A stretch of 64,000 bases of DNA from Camelus dromedarius. Lineage: Eukaryota. Where the stretch lies: contig NC_087472.1 of the NCBI RefSeq assembly GCF_036321535.1, forward strand, positions 98,830,001-98,894,000, written 5' to 3'. Shown here piece after piece: positions 38,600 through 51,287 of this stretch. The notes beneath the pieces were generated by a model. It saw nothing but the letters and a program-made list of their open reading frames with translations, did no database searches and had not been told where the DNA came from. Each line of letters opens with the position of its first letter. Position 1 is the stretch's first letter. Position numbers and translations under genes: made by a program.

Positions 38600-39310
38600 A
38601 ATATGTTCTTTTTCAAATATTCTGTATAGATTCTCATAGTAAGCATGGTTTATTTATAGTCTGTATTTAATAATTCCAATATATAGAGTCATAGGTCTAT
38701 TTCTGTTGTTTGTTGATTCTGCATGTGTTCTTTTCCCTTTGTGTGCCTAATTGTCCTTGAGTATTTGCTGGTCATTGTACCTCAAAATAACATGTAGGAA
38801 TAATTTAAGTCATAGGATGAAAGAAACTTTCTTCAGAAAGAACTTGCATTTGTTTCTCCCAAAAGCCTGGAGTTACTACAGTCTAGGTTTACCTTAATCC
38901 AAGTTCAATTATTAAAGTCCTTGGAGCACAAAGGTAACACTCCAGGCTGAAAGACGACTTACCCCTTCCTAGAGGATGTAGCATTTTGAGGTCATAGCTT
39001 TTTGTGGGCAGAGTCTCCTAATAGACTTCCCATCTTCTTCAGGCCTTAGGCTTTGATCTCTATGCTCCTAATCTTGTGAGCCCATCAGAATAAACATTTT
39101 TATTTTATGGAAGTATCCAGTTCCCTCAGAGTAAAAGTGGCTTCCTTGTGCACTTAACTTTCTGGATTCCTGATTTATTTTCTTTCTGTTGTGAGCTATT
39201 TTTGCTTTGTAAAAGAGTTTTTTAAAAACCTTCATTCAATATTTTTAGTTGGTTTCCTCTGGAGGGTTGCTCAGAATGAGCAAGTCTCCCATTACTGGAA
39301 TTTAGAAATC
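38600..39310 (-). mobile_element. Old degenerate L1-like fragment
   Basis: T-rich degenerate sequence resembling ancient L1M/HAL1 fragments. The match is weak. Confidence 0.35.
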
Positions 39311-40210
39311 TTTCTCAAGAAAACGATGTAGTTATCAAAGACCTTGTAAATAGTCACTGTGGAAGACAGAGGTGAAACCAAATAATTATAGTACAAGGCC
39401 TGCTAATCTTTCTGCCATCATCTCCTACAGTTTTACTTCACTCAAGTCACATGAACCTCTTATTCTTCCTCAAACATACCAAGCTTAGTCCTGCCTCAGG
39501 GCTTTGGACTTGGTATTTATTCTGTCTAGAACCCTCTTCTCTCAGATCTTTGGATAGCTTATGCCTGCTTGTAATTGCCAATTCCTGTTGTTGCTCCTCC
39601 TTCCTGACATTAGAAGAAGCTTATTTTTTTTACTGTTTTACACTTATTACCATCTCTACTACTGAGTGGGGAGAAAATGAAAGGACATAAATCTCAAATT
39701 AATTGATTTTAGTGAGATTAATAGGGCTGATGAGAAAAAGTAGTGGTAGAGGAAATTAAAACTAACATTTAAAATTTAAAACTTTTTAGATTTTCTTTTA
39801 TCAAGTAAAAAGGGATTTGACCCTGGTGCTACCACTGTTTCTTAAGGTGGACTCAGTTTCCTCTTTTGCAAAATAAGTGGGTTGGATTTCTAGGTACATT
39901 TTCAACTCTAAAACTGCTTTATTAAACAATTTATATTATTTCTTAATGATCCAGGCTGGATAACATCAAGTGTTTTCAGTGGTTTCAGAATCTAAAAATC
40001 CATTTCCATGGAAAGCTTCCTTCAGGTGTTTATATCTTAGGACTATACAACAACCCTGAGATGTTGAGTTCACAGGCTTCAGGACTTCTGGAACATTCTC
40101 AGTCAGATATTTAAAAAGGAGTGCATATTTCAATCACCTAAGGGATTTTTTTCAAAATGCACATGCTTGGGCCCTGCCCATTCCAGACCTACTGAATGAG
40201 ATTTCCATAG

Positions 40211-40620
40211 TGTCAGGTTGGGTTCTCCAGAAACATGCTGAAATGGACTTTTGAGTGCAGGATGTTTATCAGGGATTCATACCTGTGAAGGGAAGGAATA
40301 GGAAATAGGATCGGGCAGAAGGAAATTGGCAGCAGCAGTGCAGGTCAGACAAACCTCAGCCAAGATAGCAGGGAGCTCTAGAGTGTGTACTGCCTTTGTG
40401 TCCCACATTGAGCTAAAATGGCCATTATACCTCTGCCTTACTCAGCCACTACATGCAGGCTGCCCTGGGAAGAGTGTGACCTAGGGTTAAACGTCTGTCT
40501 GCAGCTGAGACAGACCGTAAATGAGCTGACTACTAGAGGCTGTCTGCCAACTGTGCTTCCTATGCCTGGGTGGCAAGCCCTTCCCTGAAGTGGAATCTGG
40601 GCAGTTCGTCTCCCATGCCA
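40211..40620 (-). mobile_element. LTR16-type ERVL solo LTR nested in a MER5-like element (~40110-40700)
   Basis: tgtcaggttgggttctccag..gagtgcaggatgtttatcaggga..ggctgccctgggaagagtgtgacc. MER5-like halves lie on both sides. Confidence 0.7.
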
Positions 40621-41685
40621 AGGATAAGGCCTAGGAGCATGGGTGATTTGATAAAGGTCACATGTAATTTTGATCCAGACTTCTGGTTCAAAACCATTGT
40701 TCTAAATGATTTCATGTCATTTTATAGGAAAGGTCATTAGGAAAGATGCTCCAGAAATCTCTCCCATTCTAGACAAATACAAAATAAGATGAAAAACCTC
40801 TAATGCATTCCTAATTCAAATCACAGAGAATTCTTAGTAACTAAGTTCAGTAACTTGAATTGAAAACAGAAGCTAAACAAAATGAATGTGGGAATATGAA
40901 GAATGCTTCTGTCACCACATATGGTGCCAGCTGAAGGTTCTATAAAATCCTTGGAGACAGAGGTCAAAGCTACCATCCCAGTACAAGCTGCACGTTAAAG
41001 GGATTGTTGGCTTCGCCTTCGAGGTTCCCACAGTGAAGAAGTTTGCTTCTGAAAATTAGCTTGTTGACTGACTCCTTGAAGGTACCCTTTTGGAAACCAA
41101 GTGTCTCTGATAATAGTGTTGGCAGATACTGTGGTGACTTCTGACAACCCATGCTTTCCCTTCTTCTTTCCTAATGTAGACTGTTGTCTGTGATGTGGGC
41201 ATAGACTTACATACTGCTTTCAATTTTTCAGAGAATAAATTTGTGTGGAAATATTTTTAGACTTTTATAGGAACGAATGAATTCATCTGTCTTCTTACCA
41301 CTTCTCCTCTCTCCATCTCTCTCTTCTTTTCCTGTGTTTATTTTATATGAGTTCATACATTTTTCTGTTTGTGTATTCATTATGGAAACATGGGCTATTA
41401 GGATAAAGTTTATTTACAATTGTAGTGTCTTCAATTATTTTGAAGTGTTTGTTGCAATGCAAGAAAGGCCTTTGCAAAGTCAATCAGTATTAGACAGTGT
41501 TACTAATATAATACAGTGATATCTGAGTACTTAATCATTGTTAAGTATTTGTTGCAAATGAAGCTACTGAATGAAGACAAGGATAATATAAAGTTGTTCC
41601 CGTCAATGAATCAGAAGTATAGAACTTCTCTGAAGGGTTTAATTTCAACTTCACTTTTATAACAGTTACTATTCTTTTCTGACAT

Positions 41686-42039
41686 ACTTCTTATTGAAGT
41701 ATAGTTGACTTACAATATTATATTAGTTTCAGGTGTACAACATAGTAGTTCAATTTTTTTGTAGGTTACGTTCCCTACAAAGTTATTATAAAATATTGAC
41801 TATATTCCCTGTGCTGTATGTTACATCCTTGTAACTTATTTTTTTATACCTAGTAATTTGTACCTCCTAATCCCCTTCGCCTATTCCGCCCCTCCCCTCA
41901 CCCCTCTGGTAACCACTGGTTTGTTCTCTGTATCTGTGAGTCTGTTTCTGTTTTGTCATATTTGTTCATTTTATATTTTAAATTCCATGCTTAGTGAAAT
42001 AAATCAGAGAAAGACAAATATTATATGTTTTCACTTATA
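41686..42039 (-). mobile_element. Short L1 3' end with inverted 5' segment
   Basis: Minus-strand 3'UTR runs to ~41986, then plus-strand L1 sequence atgcttagtgaaataaatcagagaaagacaaata follows. Flanked by tctgacat at 41678-41685 and 42040-42047. Confidence 0.85.
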
Positions 42040-42339
42040 TCTGACATGTTTTTGCCCTTTTTTTTCCTCAAGTACTCTACACATTCATCTTAAAGGTAAT
42101 TTCATTTAAGTCCTAAGATGATAATATCTATATTCAATTCATGAGTGCCTCCAAATTCATGTACTCTATGGCTAGTTTAGTTATGGCAAGTAAAGTGAAA
42201 TCATTCTGACCACATTCTGCCTTCAAATAAGCCTTTTTATGGTTAATAAAATTGGTTTTGCTGGTTAAGAGAAAGTATTGGTAAATATTCACTTGTTCTC
42301 CAAATGAGGGGAGATTTACAAGGATGAAAGCTATGTGAA

Positions 42340-43195
42340 AAAAATATAAAGGAAAATAAATTTGACTGCATGAAAATTCCAAATTTCTACACAATGACAA
42401 TGAAAATCCACCATAAATTTAAATTAATGATAAAATACAAGTGCAAAAATATAATAAAGAACTAATGTGTTTTAATATATAAAAATGTTAATAAAACTAT
42501 GAGAGACACCAACTGTCCAGTAGACAATATGGGCTATGGTCATGAACAAATCATGAAAGAGAAAAAAGTAACCCACAAACGGCCAATATATTTATGTGTG
42601 AAATGATAAACTGCATTAAAAAAAAAAGAATGGTAAGGTAATGAGATAATGATTTTGATCATGAAATTAGAGAAGAATGATCCAAGATAATACTCCAAGT
42701 AGTCACTGGTGCTCTTGGAAGGGCATATTCATACACTGCTCATGGGAGGATACACTGGGACAATCCTTTTGTAAAACAATTTTGCGAATGTGCTGAGAAT
42801 CTGAAATATGTCCCTACCCTTTCATTGAGGCATTTAACTTCTAAGAGTCTCTCCTAAGGAAACAATTGGATAGCCAGGCAAAGTTTTACAAAAGAAGATT
42901 TGTAATGGTGTTGTTTATGATAGCAAAAATTTGGGAAATATCTTAAATGCCTAAGGATGTTGAAATTGTGACACATAATGGATTATTACATAGCCATTAA
43001 TAATCATGTTTCCAAATAATCCCAGTTATGTTAATTAGAACTAATATAAACAGAGAAAATTGCTCAGAATTTAATTTACCAAAATGTTAACTTCCCGTGA
43101 CTTAATTATGAGTGATTTTATTTTTTTAACACTCTTCTGTTTTCAGCAAGGAACATGTATTATTTCTGTCATCAAAAATGTTATTTAAATTAAAC
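42340..43195 (+). mobile_element. Old L1ME-type 3' region
   Basis: cattcatacactgctcatggga..ctaagagtctctcctaaggaaa..tgttgtttatgatagcaaaaatttggg. Confidence 0.65.
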
Positions 43196-44889
43196 TTATG
43201 AACACTTTAAAAATCTTGTAAAATTTATCACAATCCATCCTGCCAGACTGAACAAGCTTTCAGAATTCTGCTCCATGTTTTGCATTCTCCCCACCCCTAC
43301 CCTCTGCTTTTTTTCTTTTCTTTGTGACTCAACCCTACCCCAAAAAAGCAGGTTGGTTCTCTTGTTGGGTAGAATACGCAGACCATTCTGTGGAGAGATG
43401 GTGGGATGTTAATGACTTACAATGTGGAAAACAGGGGAGCTTTCTTTCTTAAACACAGAAAATCCTGTGATGAGGTTCGTTTGATATCTGTACTAATTAC
43501 ACTCAAAGTAATATTTCAGATCAGGCTGTGGAAGCTCATTCAAAACCTGATCATTTGCCCCAGTGTAGCTAGACTAGTTCAGGTGACTGAAGTCTCCCAA
43601 ATCCTTACTGTATACTATTTCTGGATCTCCCATAGAAAATAGTCCAGGTTCCATGTTATCCACTCCATTCCATTTTCAAATGGGTCTGCGTTGCCAGCGC
43701 TTGTTGATGAAGAATTTGTCAAAGTTTGTTGTTTCAGTATTCTGTAGCAAAGAGTACCAGTATGTTAGTCTCCAGAGCACCAGCAACTGAATGATAAACA
43801 ATTCAAGTGTGTGGAAAGGCTTGCCGGGGTGGTAGCTTCTGCTTCTCCTTGGGGAACTCATTAAAAGCCTGAAAATGGTTGACAGTCTCTTAGAGCCTGG
43901 CTACACTAGCACTTCAACAACACTGAAATTTGTTCCCCCAATTCTCAGTCATCTGGGAAATGCCCTTTTGTGGAAATCTTCTACTAAGTAGACTCACCTT
44001 TCCATTGGTGTGTTGTGATTTTAACCCTAATTCTTCTAACCGAACTGTTATAATAGATCTAGTTAGAGGCTGGATATAGCCCCCAAATCAGTGTTGAGTT
44101 CAAGAAAATAGGCTGGAGTCAGACATACCAAATACAGGATTCTAGGGAAAGCAGAAGCCACAAGTAAGATAATTACAACAACACCTTACATTTATTGAGT
44201 GCTCAAAATGGTACTGTGCTAATATCTTTACATACATTATCTCATTCAAGTCTCCTAAACATCCTTAGAGAGAGGAGCTATAACGATCCCTATTTTACAA
44301 ATGATAAAGTTTGAACCCTAGTGATTTGATGCTTGAGGCTCTGCCCTTAACCATGAGATGAAAGTAAAATATATTTGATAATGTAGAACCTGTGCTTGCC
44401 AATCCAAGTTCAACAACTTCAGATTCCAGTTTTCAGAGAGTTTCTGGAAGTGTTACATTTTAGGTTCATAGACGTGAGCAAGCTGGTTACCTTCACTGGA
44501 AGGGAGAATCATGTATAAAAGACTCAAATGCTTGGCTATTCCTGCTGGTACTCCTCTACCTGCCATGGCCAGCTGATCACCTCTGTGTCTAACCTGAATG
44601 TATTTTACCCAGCAGAGCAGTGGGAGACTCAGAGAAATGCAAAGGAAAATCCTTTCCCCACCAGCCAAGCCTTCTAATACAAAATAGACCTAACCATTTT
44701 TCCTTTCAGTTCATCTAAGATGATCCCTAACATTCCTTGTGTATCTTTGAAATCATATGAATATGAAAATTCTTGCACTGAATGAAATCAAGTTCTTTGC
44801 CCTTGGGAACTTGAAACTACATGTTTCAAAAGCCTAGAGAGTGTTTTGAGAGTAGTTAGAGCCAATTCATAAGGTACTTGGTAGTTGCC

Positions 44890-45095
44890 CAGCACGCACA
44901 TTAATAAGTGCTTTACATAGTTTCATGTTTAATCCTCAAAACAACCCTACTAAACAGATGTGATCATCCCACATTTTACACATGAGGGACCTGAGACTTA
45001 GGGAGATTAAGTAACTTGTCCAAGGTCCCACGGCTAGTAAATTGGAGCTTGGGTCTCTTTGATTCTGAAGTCTCAATTTGAGACAACTATACCTA
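44890..45095 (-). mobile_element. MIR SINE
   Basis: tttaatcctcaaaacaaccct..attttacacatgaggg..ttaagtaacttgtccaaggtc. Confidence 0.8.
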
Positions 45096-45099
45096 CTTC

Positions 45100-45265
45100 A
45101 AGGCTCCTCAAACTTTAATGTGTGTAGGAAACACCAGAGAATCTTGTTAAAATGTAGATGTTTTGCTTTAGTAGGTCTAGAGTAGGGCTTCAGATTCTGT
45201 ACTTCTAACAAGTTCCCTGCTGTGGCTGATGCTTCTGGTCTTGGGACCGTTACTTGAATAGCAAG
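45100..45265. mobile_element. MER5-type element
   Basis: ctcctcaaactttaatgtgtgtagg..atcttgttaaaatgtagat..ttctaacaagttccc. Confidence 0.7.
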
Positions 45266-46547
45266 TCTTCACCTCTTCCCCGTAAAGGGAAAGTCCAGAC
45301 TTTTGGTAATTTACTACTTCAGGTTAGAGGTGAACAAGGGAACTTTTCCTAATTTGTCATTGTGAATAAAAGGAAATATTAATATAAAAATAGCAGTAGC
45401 TGAACAAGTCAAACAGTATTGTAAGCACTTTACATGTCATATCCTGTTTAATCCACTCAACAACCCTCAGAGGTAGACAATGTTACTATCGCCTTTTACA
45501 GATGGGGAAAATGGATCACAGAGTAATCAATAGATATATTTTGTTCCCTAACCTCTTCTTGCTCTTCCCCATTCACATATTTTCTCAATTCCTGAAATTC
45601 CTTAGAGATTCATTCCCTTGTTTCGATTTAAAAAGCAATCCCCTGAAGGAAGGTAATACACTGCTTTTCATTTATTTATACTTTAGTCTCTTTTTTCTAA
45701 TGGAAGAGTAGGGAGGAAACAAAGCACAAAATATATGAGGACCTTAAGTTCCAAAAGAAGGAAAACAAAAAAGGGAAAAGAGAGACTGAGTCTCTAATGA
45801 AGCTTGGCACTACTTGCTTTACAGGTTACAATATGAGCCCTGATGGCTTCACCCACACATATTCCAAAGCTGAAGCCATTGGTTGTTTTAGGATAAGAAA
45901 TAAAATTAAGTTGTGGATTTATTAGCTATGCAGAGATCACCATGGAGACAGCCAAAAGAACTCTTACCATGGAGACCTCTCCTTACTCCTCTCTGCCTGA
46001 AATGATCAGTACATCACATAAACAGACACAGAAATAAATTTGGGAGGGAAGACTACAAAGCAAGCAGGCTGGAGTCCCGGAAGGACTGGTGTTAGGGTGA
46101 ATTAACAATCCAGAGAAAATGTCTAAGGTTGGTGTTCCAAAGTCACATGTTTCTGGGTGCTGTGTAGTTTCTTCAGGGAAGAAGAGAAATTTCCAGAGCT
46201 TAGTTTATGTCAGCATGGCCTGATTGGAGGAGAGTCAACTTAGAAACCACTGTACCAACTCTAACCCTGTAGTACAAGGAAAGAACCTCTAATGAGGCTC
46301 TTCTGACTACAAGGGCATCACCATGGCAGTACGACTCCTGGCCCACTCCCCTGTGTCATCAACATAATGGTGAAATAAAAAAACATGAGGAGACAGAAAC
46401 CTTGGTAATGTGGATTTTTGTCAAGCAGCTCTGACCCCAAACAAGTGTCCTCTCAGAGAATAGACTACAAAATGTAGCAATTTGTCTTCAGTGGATACTT
46501 AACAAACATTTTCTGGTTTTTGTGTAAAGAGAGCATGGAAATAATTT

Positions 46548-46975
46548 TATCATAGGTGTAGCTCTCCAGGAAACAGACTTTGAGATGAAGTTCGACATGC
46601 AAAATATTTATTAGAGAGTGCCTGGGGGCACTAAGGGAAGGGGGCAGGGCTTGGAAAGAGGGAGAAGTTGAGATGCAAAGTAGGCCCAACACCAGCCATG
46701 GTATCCCTTACAGATAGCCCTGAAACTAGGACGGCCCTTCAGAGTTGTTCCAGGTTGGGTCAAGATGGCCAGATCTTTTTACCCTTGCATTGATTCTTCA
46801 TTGGATGTGGGTCATCGGGTAAAGGGAGTGGTATCGGGCCAGATGGCTCTTTGCAGCTGAGGCAACCATGAAGGGGCTGACAGCTGAAGGCTGCCTGCCA
46901 GCAGCGCTGCCAGCAGCTAAGCAACAAGCTCTTCACTGAAGGGAAATCAGGGTGGCACATCACAGTGTGAACCAC
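46548..46975 (-). mobile_element. LTR16-type ERVL solo LTR
   Basis: ctccaggaaacagactttgagatg..tttattagagagtgcctgggg..gcagctgaggcaacc..aggggctgacagctg. Confidence 0.75.
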
Positions 46976-48394
46976 AAATAGTAGTGATTTCAAAGTATCA
47001 AGAGCTCCAAAGTCAGATAAGTGAGATTTGACTTTTACTTTTAAATTAAGAAAACCTCTTTCTGATTTATAAACTGCTTCCTGGGGTAAATATTTCAGAG
47101 ATTCTGCTAAGTATGAGAAGTCATTTCACTGATCTTCGTATTCAGAAAATTAATAAAAAGAAATGCATTTTTATCCCTTACTCTGAATAAAAACCAAATC
47201 GATTACTCTTTCCAAGTTTTGCAGTGTACATATGTGTTTAAATGTCAGTGTGTATTTTTTTCCATTCTCTTAGTGACTCAGGAAAAGGTGCAAAAAGGTT
47301 TAAATAATGAATTACCTTATGGGTAATATACTCATTCATTCATTTAGCAAATATTTACTGAGCATCCATTATATGTCACAGCACTGCACTAGCCATTGCA
47401 TCTACATAATTAGTAATAACATAGAACCCGACTGAATAATTATGCTAAAACAAACTCTGAAAGAGGAGGAATAGAGGTGGGTAGAAAACACAGGTAGGAA
47501 GGAGCATTTGCTTCTTCCAGTTTTCTTTTTCTGCCTGCCATTTGGTAAAGAAGAAATGGGCATGAGCAGTCTTAGCAGATAAGGGTAAATGAGAAAAACA
47601 ACCATCAACTTCATTTTTTAATCAATTCTTTATTACATCCCTTCTGTCATTTTGGTTCCCTTTTTTAGGTGGCTGTCCTTCTCTAGGGGGTTAATAGACT
47701 TCATTAGGTTCTTCCACTGTTTATGGAATACTCTTCCATAATTAACAAACTTAAATTGGCCTGGACTGATGGTTATTAATGTGCTGGATGACATCTAACG
47801 ACACCAGTAGCACAGATTGGAGAAAAGTATATCCCTTCTTTCAGTATGGCTGTAACAATTTGGAAAGACTAAGGACTCTCATCTTTAGCAATGTGAGGAT
47901 TTTGCTGAAAGAGTTTCCTAAATTGGGAGACGGACGCCCGACAGCTTCTTGGATTAAAGAGATTAAGGGCACCATTGTCAGTTTGTGTTTACACTCTTGA
48001 GCAAGCAACTGAATTCAACAGGAAGCAAGACATCTTGAGGATATTTGTTGGTATCCCAGGGAGAAGATTTCACCCAGAGTTTGTACCAACCCAAACAGAA
48101 TAAATCTTTACAAAACAACCTCTAATAATATTTTATTTACTCCACTTCTGAATGCCATACAAAATACATTTGCTTTCTTTCCTTAATTGACTTTCATGTA
48201 CCTTTGACCCATTCTTACCAAGACATCTTTCTCCTTGGTATTTACCCTTCTTTATTTTTTATTGAAGCTTGAAAGTTATTTTAAAGTAAATCTCCTTACC
48301 TTTGTAAAGAGTTGTAGAAAACTGGTTCAACTGGTTCTCTCCTCAAGAACTCTTGAGACACAGGTAGAAGCTGAAAATTGACTAAAACTTTAGA

Positions 48395-48540
48395 GTCTTA
48401 GACCAGCAGCATCAGTATCATCTGGGAACTTATTAGAAATGCAGTATCTCAGGTCCTGCCTCAAAACTCCTGAGTCATAATCTGCATTTTAGTAAGATCC
48501 TAAAGTGAGTCCTGTGCACAGCAAAGTCTAGGAGGCACTG
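48395..48540. mobile_element. MER5-type element
   Basis: accagcagcatcagtatcatctgggaacttattagaaatgcag..tctgcattttagtaagatcc. Confidence 0.75.
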
Positions 48541-50079
48541 ATTTATAGCATTTGTCAAAAAGTCCTTCCTCTATAGCTAAATTAAAAACACAGAACAGTG
48601 AGATACTTAATTTTCTTTCCCAAGTCTCTGTTCTTGGGCTAATAACATTGTAACCAGTTTGGGATACAAAAGAATTACCAGATGAAGGACCTCTCATAAT
48701 ATATAGCTCACAGAGGTCAAAGGGACCGTCTAAAATGGAGTCAAACTTTTGGAAAAGCTGAAATAGAACTTTTCATGTGTTCCTTCTTCAAAGGGCTTAA
48801 TTGGAGAAAAATATCTAAGAAATATATTACAGATGCAAAAATCTTTAAAACAGAACCAGAGGAAAACATTTTGGAAATGGTTTTAAAATGACTCTGATAA
48901 AAATGTATGAAACTTGAACTGTTTCCCCATGAAAAGAATGCAGCTGGAGGCAGCATTTACAGCTGGCAGGGAAGAAGCTTAGCTAGTCAGGGCAAACTTG
49001 CCCAATTTTACATCCATTATTATTACATTATGTTCATTTAGAGAAACATTAAATGTTCCTCTTTGTAACTTGTCTTTGCCAACTCTTTAGATATGAAAGG
49101 ATAGTTAGTATATCTATCAGAACATGAAATAATACTCATGAAATGTAATCTCCAAGTTGGTCAGCAGCAGCTGGCCTAACAAGTCCTGCTAAAACATTTG
49201 AGTTTCCTGTCTCCACCCTGAACTCAAGCAGGTGGCAGGTCAGCAGCAGTGGTGACAACTGGCTACTGAAGGGGGCATAAGTCCAAAATGAAGAACATCG
49301 ATCACATTCCTTGCTGTGGAGGACCAGAGACCTATTGTGCTTTTCCAACATGATCACAACCAGTTTTTTAGGTACTGCAGGCAGGTGGAATGAAGGACTC
49401 TTAGATGAACCATTGCCAACAACAAAAATTCTGATTACATGTAGACAGAATAACAAGCGATCCAAGTAAAGCTCAATGGAAACAATAGGTTCCAAAACGG
49501 AGCACTCTATTCTAAAGGATCATGCTCTCCGACCTGTGAATCAATTTTTCCTGTTTTGCTCCTTAGGAAATTGGACAGTTGTAATGTTTACTTTATAGAA
49601 GGGAGAAGGCAGGTTAGATGATTTGCTCACATTTGCACAGCTTACCTATAGAAAAGAAAGTTGAATTTGAGCTCTTTGATTGCCTGTCCAATGGGCTGAT
49701 ACACTTTATTATGCACATTAACACATTTGAAGCAACTTGCTCACAACTTTTTTATTGTAGAATTTAATGATCTCTTTGATGCTGTTTACCAGTTGCTTCA
49801 AATGCGTTGTTGTTTCACAAGCATTCTCCCCAGCTAGATGCCAAGTATCTTGCAGACAGGCCTGGGCATATTTTATGTGTTCAGCGAATGCTGATTGAAT
49901 AATTACCAGGGAAAGATGAAACATTTGGAACATAATGGAGCTGGGGAGAAAGATACAGCTCTCAGAAGTTGCATCCTAGCCATTTAAATTGAGAGCACAA
50001 TATCATAGAATATTATATTCGGAAGGGTCCCCAGAGGTGATCTTACCTAACCTTTTACCTATCAAGGAATATCTTCTTT

Positions 50080-50420
50080 TTTATCTTCTAGGTTTATTGA
50101 GATATAATTGACATACAGCACTGTATAAATTGGAGTACAGCGTAATGATTAGACTAACATATATCATGAAATGATGACCACAGTAAGTTTAGTGAACATC
50201 CATCATCTCATATAGTTACAGTATTAAAGAAATAGAAAAAAACTTTTTTCCTTGTGATGAGAACTCTCAGGATTTACTCTCAATGATTTTCGTATATAAC
50301 ACACAGCAGTGTTAATCATACTTAACAAGTTGTACATTCCATCCCTAGCACTTATTTATCTTCCAACTGGAAGTTTGTACCCTTCGACCACCTTCAGCCA
50401 ATTTGCCCTCCCTCCACCTG
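50080..50420 (-). mobile_element. Short L1 3' end
   Basis: ttttattgagatataattgacatacagcactgtat... TSD aggaatatcttcttt/aggaataccttcttt at 50065-50079 and 50421-50435. Confidence 0.9.
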
Positions 50421-50639
50421 AGGAATACCTTCTTTAGAGCCCTTCATTGGCAGCCATCTAGTTTTGCTTAAATATCTCCACTGTTGTGGAGCTTGTCTCC
50501 AATCAGGTCTGCTGTTAGACTGATCCATTCCTTAAGTTTTTCTTTGTCAGTTGAACAATTATCTATTGAACAACTGTGTCTCAGATGGTATGCTAGCTGT
50601 CAGAAATACCAAGAAGAATAAGTCAACTTCTCGCTCGTG

Positions 50640-50990
50640 TAAAGCCCAAATGGGTGTCGCTGTTCAGTAGGCAGCTCCCTTCCAAGTGTTGTTTTATGGA
50701 GCCAGTCTCCTTCCATCTTGTGGCTTTGCTGTGCTCAACTTGCTGTGTCCAAATTTTCCATGCTCATTGCTGCAAACCAGAAGTGATGGAAAGGGCATGA
50801 AGGATGTGTCTGGGAGTCATTAGGAGTTAGGCCTGAAAGTGATGCACTTCACTTCTGCTCATATTCCTTTGCTAGATCTCAGTCACAGGTCTACATCTAA
50901 CATCAAGGGAGGCTGGGAAGAGTTGTCTAGCTGTAGGCCCAGAAAGAAGAAAAAGATTTGGTCATTGGCTAGCAGTTTCTGCCACAGTTG
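50640..50990 (-). mobile_element. MLT1I/J-type LTR
   Basis: ccttccatcttgtggct..tcacttctgctcatattcc..aagggaggctgggaa..tctagctg. Confidence 0.7.
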
Positions 50991-51101
50991 CTCTCATTAT
51001 GCACAATTTTTAGATGAGGTGGTAATGGCACGCTCCAAAGATGATGCAGGTGTAAATAATAAGCCAGGATTCAGACTTGGGTGATCTGGCACTAGAGCTC
51101 T

Positions 51102-51287
51102 CCAGTGCTTCTTAATATGTGGCTCCCAGGCCAGTAGCATCAGCATCACCTGGGAACTTATTAGAAATGCACAAAATTGGGCCTCACCCTAGACCTACTA
51201 AATCAAAAGTGGTGAGATGGGGCCCAGCAATCTATGCTTTAACAAGGCCTTTCTGACCGTCTCATACACATGTTTGAGAACCATTGC
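51102..51287. mobile_element. MER5A
   Basis: cagtgcttctt..agcatcagcatcacctgggaacttattagaaatgca..gtttgagaaccattg. Confidence 0.88.

Noticed and set aside
43869..43997. Possible minus-strand intron (AAG|gtgagt ... ttttcag|G)
   Set aside because: The donor is strong but the pyrimidine tract is poor, and the joined peptide (..LKSQHTNGKAFNEFPKEKQKLPPRQAFPHT*) is unrecognisable. It is consistent with chance.
47779..48000. ORF with an LRR-like stretch (LERLRTLIFSN)
   Set aside because: Single imperfect motif with wrong Asn spacing and no partner exons.
49136..49495. 119-aa minus-strand ORF
   Set aside because: No recognisable homology, non-ATG start and no supporting gene structure.
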